Shown here: positions 49,183 through 58,926 of the stretch, in pieces
Numbering within the stretch: position 1 is the first letter of the stretch
How the letters are laid out: each line of letters opens with the position of its first letter
Source: Acidobacteriota bacterium
GTDB lineage: Bacteria; Acidobacteriota; Vicinamibacteria; Vicinamibacterales; SCN-69-37
DNA: 64,000 nt
Assembly: GCA_947467605.1 (NCBI GenBank)
Contig: CANIII010000001.1
Location: 56,846-120,845, forward strand
Direction: 5' to 3'
The notes under the pieces: model-generated
Seen by the model: only the letters and a program-made list of their open reading frames with translations
Databases searched by the model: none
Told to the model about the DNA's origin: nothing
Position numbers and translations under genes: made by a program

Positions 49183-51622
49183 TGAGTCTGGCGAGGAGTT
49201 CCTGCGCGACCTTCTTCGTGTGCGGCCCGGTCGAGCCTTCCGGCCCGACACACGACGGGCAGCCGGACTGACACGGGCACTCACCGATCAGCTCCCGTGT
49301 GCGCGCGAGCAATTCGTCGTGCATCGAGAACAGCGGTTCACTGAATCCGATGCCGCCCGGGTAGTTGTCGTAAAGAAAGATTGTCTCGCGGTCGATCGAC
49401 ACGCCGATGTCGCCCTGATCGCTCATCAACAGCAGCGGCGCGATGTTGTGCATCGCGAATGCAATACCGGTGATGCCATCGCGTCGATCGTCGGTGCTGA
49501 AGGGCAGCGCGGCCATGAGCTCCGCCGGAATCCGCAGCCAGTACGCCGTCGTGTGCATGTTCTGCTCGGGCAGATCCAGTTCGCCCGCGCCAAGATTCTC
49601 GTTCGTGTAGAACTTGATCTTCTTGAAGCCGACGACGCGCGACACGACGTGGACCTCCCCATGCGACCGCAACGCGGCGGCGTGCGACACACCGACCGCG
49701 ATGGGCTGCAGCGACGTGGGCAGCACCTCGATGTCCGCCGTCCTGGCTACTGCATCCGGCTCAAGCCCGGCGGCGGCCAGTGCGATCGATGCTGAATTTT
49801 CCACCTCAGGCTGGGGCATGGCGTCGCCGGCGAAGATCTCAAGGATCGTCACCTTTGTGTAGTCAATCGCATCGGTGTAGTAGTCGCACTCCACGTGCCG
49901 CACGAACGCTTTGCGATTCTCGAAATCGAGCTTTTCCACCTGGAACAACTGGCCCTCCAGGATGTAGATGGCCTTCTCGTGCAACACCGAGGCCCCGCTC
50001 GTGAAGTCCGTCTCGCCGATGACGCGCTCGCCATTGGTCAGGTCCACAATCACGAAGTTGTCGGACGTCACCGATCGCAAACTGACCGCGTCGGCCGGAT
50101 ACGACTCGTGCGTCCACTGCCACTGCCCTTCCGTGTGGTGCACGAAGCCTTCTTCACCGAGCACCGCCAGCACCTCATCGACGTTGATCGAGCCAAACAC
50201 ATCGCCGTCGTTGAACGGCATCTCGAACGCCGCGCACTTCACGTGATCGAGGAGGATGTGCAGATTGTCGGGATTGACGAGTGCATGCTCTGGTGACGCG
50301 CCGAAGAAATAGTCCGGATGCCTCGCCACAAACTGATCGATCGGCGCACTCGATGCGACCAGCACCGCCGCCGACCGTCCGGAGCGTCGACCCGCGCGGC
50401 CCGCGCGCTGCCACGTTGACGCGATCGTGCCGGGATAGCCGGCCATCACGGCGACATCGAGCGCGCCGATGTCGATGCCCAACTCAAGCGCATTCGTCGA
50501 AACGACACAGCGCACATCGCCATCGCGCAGGCCGCGCTCAATTTCGCGACGACGAATCGGCAGATACCCGCCGCGATAGCCGCGAATCACATCCGCCGCA
50601 CCAGGCGGCCCCGCAAAGGCATCCTTCATGTACGTGGTCAGAATCTCGGTCGAGAGTCGACTCTGCGCAAACACGATCAGCTGCAGTCCGCGCTTCAGAA
50701 ACTCGATCGCCACACGCCGTGTCTCAGACAGATACGAGCGCCGGATCCCCAGCTCGGCATTGACGACGGGCGGATTCACGAAGAGAAAGAACTTCTCTCC
50801 GCGCGGCGCGCCGCTTTTGTCCACGATCTCAAACGGCTGCTCGGTGAGCTTCTCCGCCAGCTCCTTCGGATTCGCAATCGTCGCCGATGAACAGATGAAC
50901 GTAGGATTCGAACCGTAGTGCTGACAGATGCGGCGCAGCCGGCGAAGGATGTTTGCCAGATGGCTGCCGAACACACCGCGATACGTGTGCAGCTCGTCGA
51001 TGACGATGTACTTCAGATTCTCGAAGAGCTTCGCCCAGCGCGGATGATGCGGCAAGATGCCCGCATGCACCATGTCGGGGTTGCTCAACACGACATGCGC
51101 TTTGCCACGAATCGCGCGACGTGCGTCTTGCGGTGTGTCGCCGTCGTAGGTGAAGACACCGATCTCGCCGCCGCCTTGACCGCTCACCACCTGCACCATC
51201 TGATGCAGTTCCGCGAGCTGATCCTGTGCGAGCGCCTTGGTGGGAAACAGATACAGCGCGCGAGATGCCGCGTCTTTGAGAATCGCGTCGAGGACTGGGA
51301 CGTTGTAACAGAGCGTCTTGCCCGATGCGGTGGGCGTAACGACCACAACGTTGCGACCGTGTAGCGCGTGGTCGATCGCCTCGGCCTGGTGCGAGTAGAG
51401 CTGGTCAATGCCGCGCGCCGCGTAGGCCGCGTGGACGCGCGGATCGAGCGAGTCGGGAAACGGCGCGTAAACCGCCGACTGTGGCGCCAACCGCCGCACC
51501 GCCGTCACATGCGGGTCGTCGTCGCCCGACGTGACCGCTCGCTCGTGCGACGACAGCATCCGCTGCAGCGCCTGCTGCAGAGACTCGTCCTTGTTGGCGG
51601 TGATCGCGGGCAGTGTTTCCAT
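49175..51622 (-). CDS. mrfA: MrfA/YprA-like DExH helicase with C-terminal DUF1998 zinc module
   Basis: ATG at 51622 (METLPAITANKDESL). TPTASGKT, VIDELHTYRG, SSATI. C-terminal four-Cys cluster ECPCQSGCPSCV. Confidence 0.8.
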   Translation of the reverse strand: METLPAITANKDESLQQALQRMLSSHERAVTSGDDDPHVTAVRRLAPQSAVYAPFPDSLDPRVHAAYAARGIDQLYSHQAEAIDHALHGRNVVVVTPTASGKTLCYNVPVLDAILKDAASRALYLFPTKALAQDQLAELHQMVQVVSGQGGGEIGVFTYDGDTPQDARRAIRGKAHVVLSNPDMVHAGILPHHPRWAKLFENLKYIVIDELHTYRGVFGSHLANILRRLRRICQHYGSNPTFICSSATIANPKELAEKLTEQPFEIVDKSGAPRGEKFFLFVNPPVVNAELGIRRSYLSETRRVAIEFLKRGLQLIVFAQSRLSTEILTTYMKDAFAGPPGAADVIRGYRGGYLPIRRREIERGLRDGDVRCVVSTNALELGIDIGALDVAVMAGYPGTIASTWQRAGRAGRRSGRSAAVLVASSAPIDQFVARHPDYFFGASPEHALVNPDNLHILLDHVKCAAFEMPFNDGDVFGSINVDEVLAVLGEEGFVHHTEGQWQWTHESYPADAVSLRSVTSDNFVIVDLTNGERVIGETDFTSGASVLHEKAIYILEGQLFQVEKLDFENRKAFVRHVECDYYTDAIDYTKVTILEIFAGDAMPQPEVENSASIALAAAGLEPDAVARTADIEVLPTSLQPIAVGVSHAAALRSHGEVHVVSRVVGFKKIKFYTNENLGAGELDLPEQNMHTTAYWLRIPAELMAALPFSTDDRRDGITGIAFAMHNIAPLLLMSDQGDIGVSIDRETIFLYDNYPGGIGFSEPLFSMHDELLARTRELIGECPCQSGCPSCVGPEGSTGPHTKKVAQELLARLSA

Positions 51623-51685
51623 CGGCGCGGCTTCGATCTTAACTGGATCGAGAAGGGCGATCAAAGGGCGAAGCCGTGGCACTCG

Positions 51686-51704
51686 GTATTGACCTAAGTA
51701 TTGA
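51686..51704 (+). promoter_or_regulatory. Direct repeat GTATTGA x2 upstream of vapB (candidate operator/promoter)
   Basis: GTATTGA at 51686..51692 and 51698..51704, 12 bp apart. TTGACC at 51689 could serve as a -35 element. Confidence 0.25.
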
Positions 51705-51724
51705 TTTACGACATGATGGTCGAC

Positions 51725-51949
51725 ATGACAAAACGGATTACTGCCAATCTGCCGGCAGGATTGCTGGAGGAAGCCATCACGATCAGTGGCAAGGGCATCA
51801 CCGACACTCTGATCGCCGGTTTGGAGCTGGTCAAACGCTCGCGCGCGTTCGCCAAGGCTCAGGCATTGCGCGGAAAGATTCATCTGGATCTGGACATGGA
51901 CGAACTGCGCGAACGATCTCCGGAAACGCGCGGCCGTTACCAGCCGTGA
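51725..51949 (+). CDS. vapB: Type II antitoxin (VapB-like)
   Basis: MTKRITANLPAGLLEEAITISGKG.... Its stop overlaps the GTG start of the PIN toxin (GTGA). Starts at 51713 or 51716 are also possible. Confidence 0.6.
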   Translation: MTKRITANLPAGLLEEAITISGKGITDTLIAGLELVKRSRAFAKAQALRGKIHLDLDMDELRERSPETRGRYQP

Positions 51950-52335
51950 AAGGGCTCGTCGCCGACACGTCTGAATGGATTGAACATCTGGCGGGTCGTC
52001 CTGCCCCTGTCTTCGAGCAGTGCCTTGAAACAGGTGGGATCGTGGTTCCGCCCGTCACCATCACGGAGCTCACGAGCGGCGCGCGGACACGCGAGGAATT
52101 CATGGTGATCGAAGATCTTTTAATGGAGCTTCCGCTCCACACGCCAACGTTCCACCACTTCGCGCGAGCCGGTGACCTGCGGCGGCAGATGCGCGAGAAG
52201 GGTCTGTCGATCTCTCCCGCTGATGCTCAAGTGGCGCAGTGCGCGCTCGATCTCGACGCGCCCCTGCTCACACGCGACGCCGTGTTCTGGAAGATTGCGG
52301 CGCTGACGAAGCTGAAGCTCGCCGCGATTACGTAG
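51946..52335 (+). CDS. vapC: PIN-domain toxin (VapC-like ribonuclease)
   Basis: GTG start. LVADTSEWIEHL (first acidic residue) and LLTRDAVF near the C-terminus. 129 aa. Confidence 0.7.
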   Translation: MKGLVADTSEWIEHLAGRPAPVFEQCLETGGIVVPPVTITELTSGARTREEFMVIEDLLMELPLHTPTFHHFARAGDLRRQMREKGLSISPADAQVAQCALDLDAPLLTRDAVFWKIAALTKLKLAAIT

Positions 52336-53680
52336 ACGACGCGCTGGTCTTCCGCGCGTACCCCGCCACGATCCCGCTGAGCACGACCAGACCAATCATG
52401 TTGGGAAACACCTGCAGGCAGTTCATCAGGTCGCCCCAGGCCCACACGACGTCGGGCTTCGCGATCGCGCCAAACGGAATCAGCAGGCAGTAGATCCAGC
52501 GATACGGCATCGTCACGCTGCGGCCGAGGATGTACTCGAGGAACTGTTCACCGTAGTACGCCCAGCCAATCAACGTGGTGTAGCCGAAGAGAAACGCGCA
52601 GATGGCGACGATGTAGCCACCGACGTGCGGAATGGCCATGTTGAATGCGGAGGCGACCGCGGCACTGCTCGTCGGGCCCATGTGCCACACGCCCGTGAGC
52701 AGAATCGTCATGGCGCTGATGGTGGCCGTGACGAACGAGACGATAAACACTTCCATCACCGCCTGCATGCCCTGCATCGACGGATCCGTGCTCTTCGCGG
52801 TACCGTACGCCACCGCCGCGGTGCCATAGCCTGCTTCGTTCGCGTAGACGCCGCGGGCGATGCCGTAGCGCATCGCCATGAACATGCCGAAGCCAAGACC
52901 CGAGCGCATCGAGAAGGCTTCAGTCACGACCAACTTCAACACATGCGGGATCTGTCCGGCGAAGCTGACGATGACGATGATTCCGCCGATCAGATACAGC
53001 CCCACTTTCAGCGGCGCCAGCGTCTCTGCCGCGGCGCCAATCGACTTCACGCCGCGGATGATGACCGCCCACGTGAGTACCGCGACCGCAAGGCCGGCGA
53101 AGAGCGATGTCCGTTGCACATCGCCGAGCACCGGCACGTTGATCGTGCCGCTCGGAAACACGAAGTTCATCGCGACGCCGATCGAATTCGGCTGCGTAAA
53201 CGGCGTCGTCGTCAGTGCAGCGACACCGGCGACGAACGCGTAGATCCACGCGAGCGCGGGACCAGCCGACTTCACCTGCAGCAGGTAGTACATCGGGCCG
53301 CATTTGACGTCTTCACCGTTGGCAATGCGGAACTTGATGCCGAGCACCGCCTCCGCAAACTTGATCGACGTGGCGAGGAAACCGTAGACCCAGATCCAGA
53401 AAAGCGCGCCGGGACCACCAGACACAATCGCGGTGGCGACGCCGGCAATGTTGCCGGTGCCGATCGATGCGGCGAGCGCCGTCATGAATGACTGGAACGG
53501 TGTCAGCGCGCCGCTGGCGCCCTTCGACTGTGGCGCAACCATCGCGCGCAGACCATCGCCGAAACGGCGGATCTGCACGAAGCCCGTACGGATCGACAGG
53601 AACAGGCCGCCGCCGAGGAGCAGGACGATGATGTACGGGCGAAAGAGCCAGTCGGCGATTGCCTGAATTGCGTCTGCCAT
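52328..53680 (-). CDS. Alanine/glycine:cation symporter (AGCS family)
   Basis: 450 aa, about 11 TM segments. N-terminal WLFRPYIIVLLLGGGLFLSIRTGFVQIRRF and ANEAGYGTAAVAY. Confidence 0.85.
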   Translation of the reverse strand: MADAIQAIADWLFRPYIIVLLLGGGLFLSIRTGFVQIRRFGDGLRAMVAPQSKGASGALTPFQSFMTALAASIGTGNIAGVATAIVSGGPGALFWIWVYGFLATSIKFAEAVLGIKFRIANGEDVKCGPMYYLLQVKSAGPALAWIYAFVAGVAALTTTPFTQPNSIGVAMNFVFPSGTINVPVLGDVQRTSLFAGLAVAVLTWAVIIRGVKSIGAAAETLAPLKVGLYLIGGIIVIVSFAGQIPHVLKLVVTEAFSMRSGLGFGMFMAMRYGIARGVYANEAGYGTAAVAYGTAKSTDPSMQGMQAVMEVFIVSFVTATISAMTILLTGVWHMGPTSSAAVASAFNMAIPHVGGYIVAICAFLFGYTTLIGWAYYGEQFLEYILGRSVTMPYRWIYCLLIPFGAIAKPDVVWAWGDLMNCLQVFPNMIGLVVLSGIVAGYARKTSASST

Positions 53681-53704
53681 AGGGGGCAGATGTTACTTCG
53701 TTTT

Positions 53705-54484
53705 CTAGATGTTGCTTCGGCTCTGGCCGCCGTCAACGGTGATCGTCGAGCCTGTGATCCAGCTGGCCTTCGGCGACGCGAGGAAGGCGACCAGTGCGCC
53801 CACTTCTTCAGGCGTGCCGAAGCGGCCAAACGGAATTTCCCTCTTCACGAACTCGGCCATGCCCTTCGGATCATCCTGCGTGCGCTTCCACCACGTGCCG
53901 CCTTCGAAGGAGATCGATCCCGGCGCGACGCTGTTGACGCGGATGTGGTCCTTCGCGAGTTGTTGCGCCATGGCTTTAGCGAGGCTGATCTCAGCGGCCT
54001 TCACCGCGTTGTAGGTCATGCGGCCGCCGCTCTCGCGTCCCCAGATCGACGCGATCATGAGCACGACGCCCGCGCCCTGCTTGCGCATTTCCGGGACGAC
54101 GAGCCGCGACATGCGCACGGCCGGAAAGAACGTCTGGTCGAGCGCGGCGCTCCATTCTTCGTCGGTGGTGCTGACGATGTCGGTGCCGCCGGCCTTGCCG
54201 ACGTTGTTGACGAGGATGTCGATGCGCCCGAAGTGCGCGACGGTGTCGGCAACGACGCGCGCAGCGCCATCGAGGGCAGAGACGTCGGCGGTGATGGCGA
54301 GCACACGGTCGTCATGCCCTGCGATTCTGCGCAGCTCGGCGGCGGCGGTGTTGAGCGCCTCGACGCCTCGGGCGCAGATGGTGACGCGGGCGCCTTCCTC
54401 AACGAGTGCGCGCGCAGAGGCAAGGCCGAGCCCCTGGCTCGAGCCGGTGATGATCGCGACCTTGTCGGTCAGTTGCAGATTCAA
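53705..54484 (-). CDS. SDR family oxidoreductase (FabG-like)
   Basis: TGSSQGLGLA cofactor motif, NNVG, and the Y..xK region (YNAVKAAE). Confidence 0.85.
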   Translation of the reverse strand: MNLQLTDKVAIITGSSQGLGLASARALVEEGARVTICARGVEALNTAAAELRRIAGHDDRVLAITADVSALDGAARVVADTVAHFGRIDILVNNVGKAGGTDIVSTTDEEWSAALDQTFFPAVRMSRLVVPEMRKQGAGVVLMIASIWGRESGGRMTYNAVKAAEISLAKAMAQQLAKDHIRVNSVAPGSISFEGGTWWKRTQDDPKGMAEFVKREIPFGRFGTPEEVGALVAFLASPKASWITGSTITVDGGQSRSNI

Positions 54485-55311
54485 TTGGGAACGCCTCCGG
54501 TCAAATCGTTCAGCCGCCAGTCGAACACGCCGTATCGCAGCTGAAAGGTATTTTGCAGCAGGAAGTCGCGTTCACTGGAGAAGAGTTTGGGCGCGGCCAT
54601 GGCCATGAGTGCCCGCTCGATCGGACTGCGATCAGGCCACCGCTCACCCGCCGTCGCGAACGAGGCGATGAACGCGTCTTGACGCCAACCAAACAGCGGC
54701 GAAATGGTGAGGATGTGTTGCGCCTTGTCGAGTTTGAATCCGGCCGCACGCGCGACAAATTCTTTCACGGCCTCTTCGAGCTGCTCGTCCAATCGATCGG
54801 CGCGATAGACCTCACTGCGGAGTCGTCCACTGCCGATGGCGCCGCGGCCGAGCGCAATCAGCGCGCGCGCGTCGCCCATCGGCACGATGACATCCTTCTC
54901 GATCGCATCGAGCGTCAGTGTTCGGCCGGCCACCTGATGCGGCAACTGCTCGAACGAGCCCGGAATCTGACGAATGCTCGCGGCGGGATAGTCAGCCACG
55001 GTGCCTTTGATGGGATACCGGTCGATGACCGTCTTCATCACCAGCGCGTTGTAGGCGTTGATCCAGAACGCGAGTTGCTCGGGCTTCGACCAGGACGCGA
55101 CCTGCGTGGCCGGCAGGTTCAGTGACGCGACATATTCATCGAGCGGCTTTCGCTCGGTTTTGAGCGCGCGGTAGTAGACGTTGCCATCGCGGACGTAGGT
55201 ATCCAGGATCCGATCGAGCGGTGCATGCAGATCGCGCGTCGATTGCGCCGCGGGTGCTGTCGGCGCGCCCAGCAGGAGGAGCGCAACCAGGAGGCTGGCC
55301 CAACGTGTCAT
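54481..55311 (-). CDS. DUF547 domain protein (exported)
   Basis: ATG at 55311 overlaps the upstream stop codon (ATGA). Signal peptide MTRWASLLVALLLLGAPTAPAAQ. AFWINAYNALV motif. The track start at 55467 is rejected. Confidence 0.65.
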   Translation of the reverse strand: MTRWASLLVALLLLGAPTAPAAQSTRDLHAPLDRILDTYVRDGNVYYRALKTERKPLDEYVASLNLPATQVASWSKPEQLAFWINAYNALVMKTVIDRYPIKGTVADYPAASIRQIPGSFEQLPHQVAGRTLTLDAIEKDVIVPMGDARALIALGRGAIGSGRLRSEVYRADRLDEQLEEAVKEFVARAAGFKLDKAQHILTISPLFGWRQDAFIASFATAGERWPDRSPIERALMAMAAPKLFSSERDFLLQNTFQLRYGVFDWRLNDLTGGVPN

Positions 55312-56147
55312 CGCAGGAACGCCTGGAGTGCGGCGTTGAAGAGGAGCGGCTGCTCGAGATTCGACAGATGGCCGCACTGCGGAATCGCGGTCAGTGTGGC
55401 GCCTGGAATCGTCTCGGCCATGGCGCGGCTGTCGGCGATCGGCGTGAGCGCGTCCTCCTCGCCGCACATGATCAGCGACGGCACGCGGACCGCGGCGAGC
55501 GCCGCGGTGCGATCGGGTCGGGATTTCAGCGCGCCGATCGCACCGGCGATCGATTCGGTGCGATTCACTTCGATCAGCCGTCGGACCGCGATCTCCAGGT
55601 CCGGCTGATCGCGATGCGCAGTGGCACCAAGCAGTTTCGGCAACATCGCCGTGGCGATCGCCGCCGGCCCTTCCGCGTCAACAAGTGCACGCATCTTGTC
55701 TCGACCGGCGCGGCCGTCGTCGGTGTCGGCGGTCATCTTCGTGTCGGCGAGGACGAGGTGCGTCACCCGCTGCGGCGCACGCGCGACCATGGCCATCGCG
55801 ACGTAGCCGCCCATCGACAGCCCGCAGATCGCGGCCTTGCCTACGTCGAGGTGGTCCATGAGCTCAAGCACATCACCGGCGTAGTCGTCCATCGTCGCGC
55901 CGCCGAGTTGCGCGTCTTCGAAGGCCGGCCCCATCCCGCGAAAGCCGCGAATGTCTGGCGCAATGAACTGCCACCCGACCGGCACACGCGCGAGCTGCGG
56001 GAGCCACTGATCCGCGCTGAGCGGAAACGCGTGCAGGAGGATCAAGGTGCGAGTCCCCCTGAGCATCTCCTCCCCGCGCCCGCCCGGCGACACCAGATAG
56101 CGCACGGAGCGATGCAGCAGATTGGCGACGTTGGAAAGCACAGGCAA
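55308..56147 (-). CDS. Alpha/beta hydrolase
   Basis: LILLHAFPLSADQW and the nucleophile elbow GLSMGGYVA. An alternative start at 56066 (MLRGTRTLILLH) is possible. Confidence 0.8.
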   Translation of the reverse strand: MPVLSNVANLLHRSVRYLVSPGGRGEEMLRGTRTLILLHAFPLSADQWLPQLARVPVGWQFIAPDIRGFRGMGPAFEDAQLGGATMDDYAGDVLELMDHLDVGKAAICGLSMGGYVAMAMVARAPQRVTHLVLADTKMTADTDDGRAGRDKMRALVDAEGPAAIATAMLPKLLGATAHRDQPDLEIAVRRLIEVNRTESIAGAIGALKSRPDRTAALAAVRVPSLIMCGEEDALTPIADSRAMAETIPGATLTAIPQCGHLSNLEQPLLFNAALQAFLR

Positions 56148-56152
56148 ATTCT

Positions 56153-56272
56153 AAGGGGTCAGAGCCCTTTTCCACAGGCTTCCACAGAAAAGGGACAGAG
56201 CTCGGCCAGCACCGCGTGGCCGAGCTCTGTCCCTAAATTGTGGAAACCTGTGGAAAAGGGCTCTGACCCCTT
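56153..56272. repeat. 120-bp nested imperfect palindrome filling a divergent intergenic region
   Basis: Outer arms 56153..56178 and 56247..56272 pair at 26/26 bp. Inner arms 56179..56208 and 56217..56246 pair at 25/30 bp. The 8-nt centre is GCACCGCG. Confidence 0.9.
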
Positions 56273-56283
56273 ATGCTCTTTGC

Positions 56284-56772
56284 ATGCACTTTTCGCGAGT
56301 TCTGACTCTGATCGTTCTTGTCGCCAGCGCTGCTGCATGCACCAAGTCGGCATCTGAAACACCCGCGGCCGCGGTCGCTGCGCCGCCACCCGCGGCGCCG
56401 GCCATGATCCCGGCACCGGCGGATGTCGCCAAACCACCTGCCGATGCGGTCAAGACCGCTTCAGGTCTCTACTCGAAAGTGCTCAAGGCCGGCACGGGCT
56501 CAATTCACCCGCTCGTGACCTCCACGTTCGTCGTGCAGTACACGGGCTGGACAACCGACGGACAGATGTTCGACAGCTCTGTCGCTCGGGGCGGCCAGCC
56601 ACTCGAAATGGCAATGACGCGTGTCATCGCCGGCTGGACCGAAGGCCTGCAGCTGATGGTGATCGGCGAGAAACGCCGGTTCTGGATTCCGGAGAATCTC
56701 GCCTATCAGGGTCAGCCCGGCTCACCGGCCGGCATGCTCGTGTTCGACATCGAGCTGCTCGATATCAAGTAG
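56284..56772 (+). CDS. FKBP-type peptidyl-prolyl isomerase lipoprotein
   Basis: Lipobox LVASAAAC. YTGWTTDGQMFDSS and GWTEGLQLMVIGEKRRFWIP. Confidence 0.85.
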   Translation: MHFSRVLTLIVLVASAAACTKSASETPAAAVAAPPPAAPAMIPAPADVAKPPADAVKTASGLYSKVLKAGTGSIHPLVTSTFVVQYTGWTTDGQMFDSSVARGGQPLEMAMTRVIAGWTEGLQLMVIGEKRRFWIPENLAYQGQPGSPAGMLVFDIELLDIK

Positions 56773-56787
56773 CGTCCGAACGATCGC

Positions 56788-57441
56788 TCAGTACTTCGCC
56801 AGCGTCGCCATCAGCTCTTTGGCGGCGGCTGGCGCCGCGACCGTGCCGCGGACGACTTCGCGCGCCGAGAGGTCCTTCCCGTACAGCTCCTTGTTCTCGG
56901 AGCCGTCCGTGCGCAGCGTCGATCCCTGCAGCGACACGCCCGCAAACACACCACGCGAACGCGACCACGCCAGCATCTCTGCATGCATCGTGGCATCCGT
57001 CTGCGCCGAGGCCTGACGACCCAGTGGGCCCGCGGCGACCGCCGCGTCCGCGCCAATCGTGAACTTGCTGCCGAGCAACTTGTCGGCGCCGCGCTCATTC
57101 ATGACCAGCAGAATGACGTCGGTCGACGATCCGCCAATCTGAAATCCGACGCTGCCACCCTCAATGCGCATACCCGACGGCGCAGACCAGCCGCCCTTGG
57201 TTCGACACGCCATGTAGCCGCGACCGTACTGGCCGCCAAATCCGATCGCCCCCTTCTTGACGCCGGGAATCACCACGACGCACTCGGCCTTGCTGAACAG
57301 ATCCTTCGGGATGCTCGAATCGAAGCTCCCGGCCATTTCATTCAGGACGGCGGTCGCATCTTTCAAACGGTCGTCATCGGCGCGGACCACCGCGGGAACC
57401 ACGAGTGACAACGAAAACAGAGTGATGGCAAGTGTGCGCAT
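56788..57441 (-). CDS. SYLF (DUF500/Ysc84-like) lipid-binding domain protein, exported
   Basis: Signal peptide MRTLAITLFSLSLVVPAVVRA. GFGGQYGRGYMACR and GADAAVAAGPLGR repeats, typical of SYLF domains. Confidence 0.65.
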   Translation of the reverse strand: MRTLAITLFSLSLVVPAVVRADDDRLKDATAVLNEMAGSFDSSIPKDLFSKAECVVVIPGVKKGAIGFGGQYGRGYMACRTKGGWSAPSGMRIEGGSVGFQIGGSSTDVILLVMNERGADKLLGSKFTIGADAAVAAGPLGRQASAQTDATMHAEMLAWSRSRGVFAGVSLQGSTLRTDGSENKELYGKDLSAREVVRGTVAAPAAAKELMATLAKY

Positions 57442-57461
57442 TGTTCTCCTATCCTACCTGT

Positions 57462-58925
57462 GTGAAAACGCTGTTGAAGGCCGTGCTGCTGTTGGTCCTG
57501 TTCGTCGGCGTCATCATGGTCGTCAACGTCCTGCGCCTGACCACTCGCCAAGTTGCGCCGGGACCAGCATCTGACCTGACGATCGATCAGACGTCGGCCG
57601 TCAAACATCTGGCCGGCGCCATCCGATTCCGAACAATCACCTCAGACAGTGAAGCAAAAACCGCGCCGGATGTCTGGCCCCTATTGCACACCTACCTCGG
57701 CGGCATCTTCCCGCTCGTCGAGAAGAATTTACAGAGAGAGACGGTCGAAAACGACTCGCTGCTCTACACCTGGCCCGGCCGTCGTGCCGACCTGCCTCCC
57801 CTCATCCTCACCGCACACCTGGACGTCGTCCCCGCCGCCGACGACACGCTCGCACAATGGACGCACCCGCCATTTGATGGCGTGGTCGCAGACGGCGCCA
57901 TCTGGGGCCGCGGATCGCTCGACGACAAGAATGCGGCGATCGGCCTGCTTGAAGCCGTTGAGGCGCTCCTCGCGCGCGGCTTCACGCCAGAGCGCACGAT
58001 CTATCTCGGCTTCGGTCACAACGAAGAAACCGATAGCGCCTTGAGCGGCGCCGCTGCCATTGCGGCGCTGCTAAAGCGCCGCGGTGTGCAGAACGCCGTG
58101 TTGCTCGACGAGGGCGGATGGATCTACGAGAAGGTTCCCGGCGTGGCGCAGCACGTCGCCCTCATCGGCGTTGCCGAGAAGGGCTATGCCTCTATCGAGC
58201 TCACTGTGGAGACAGACGGCGGCCACTCGTCGATGCCGCCGAAGGAAACGGCCGTCGGCATTCTCGCGCGCGCGATCGATCGTGCCGAAACCCAGCAGAT
58301 GCCAGGACGCCTCGATGGCGCGAGCGCTGCGCTCTTTGATGCACTGGCGCCTGAGATGTCCTTCGGACTCAAAGTGCTGTTCGCGAATCGCTGGCTCACA
58401 CGCCCGCTGCTGCTCAGCCAACTCTCGAAGCAACCCGGCACCAACGCGGCCATTCGCACGACGACGGCGGCGACGATGCTGCGCGCGAGCGCGAAGGAGA
58501 ACGTGCTCGCATCGACGGCGGCGGCGGTCTTGAACTTTCGGTTGCTGCCCGGCGACACGCAGGCGACGGTGATGACGCATCTTCGCGACGTCATCGCAGA
58601 TCCGCGCGTCACCGTGACGCCGTACCACGGCCAGCCTGGCCACGACGCCTCGGGCGCGTCACGGACCGATGGACCTGAGTTCGCGGCGCTCGCCGCCGCG
58701 ATTCGATCGGTGTATCCCGACGTGCTCGTCGCGCCGTATCTCACCGTCGGCGCCACCGACGCTCGCCACTACAGCGAGGTTGCACCGAATCGCTATCGCT
58801 TTGTGCCGTTGGATCAACCCGGCGGGACGGAACTGCTCCATGCGCCGAACGAGCACATCCAGATTGACGCCTACATAAAGATGATCCGGGCGTACGCCGC
58901 GTTCGTTGTCGCGCTGGGCTCGTAA
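57462..58925 (+). CDS. M20 family peptidase (PM20D1/carboxypeptidase-like), membrane-anchored
   Basis: The GTG at 57462 gives MKTLLKAVLLLVLFVGVIMVV. LILTAHLDVVPA, WGRGSLDDKNAAIG, GFGHNEE. Confidence 0.8.
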   Translation: MKTLLKAVLLLVLFVGVIMVVNVLRLTTRQVAPGPASDLTIDQTSAVKHLAGAIRFRTITSDSEAKTAPDVWPLLHTYLGGIFPLVEKNLQRETVENDSLLYTWPGRRADLPPLILTAHLDVVPAADDTLAQWTHPPFDGVVADGAIWGRGSLDDKNAAIGLLEAVEALLARGFTPERTIYLGFGHNEETDSALSGAAAIAALLKRRGVQNAVLLDEGGWIYEKVPGVAQHVALIGVAEKGYASIELTVETDGGHSSMPPKETAVGILARAIDRAETQQMPGRLDGASAALFDALAPEMSFGLKVLFANRWLTRPLLLSQLSKQPGTNAAIRTTTAATMLRASAKENVLASTAAAVLNFRLLPGDTQATVMTHLRDVIADPRVTVTPYHGQPGHDASGASRTDGPEFAALAAAIRSVYPDVLVAPYLTVGATDARHYSEVAPNRYRFVPLDQPGGTELLHAPNEHIQIDAYIKMIRAYAAFVVALGS

Positions 58926-58926
58926 C

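Noticed and set aside
53681-53704. Glycine or other riboswitch upstream of the alanine/glycine:cation symporter gene.
   Set aside because: Only 24 bp separate it from the preceding gene, which is too short for a riboswitch aptamer.
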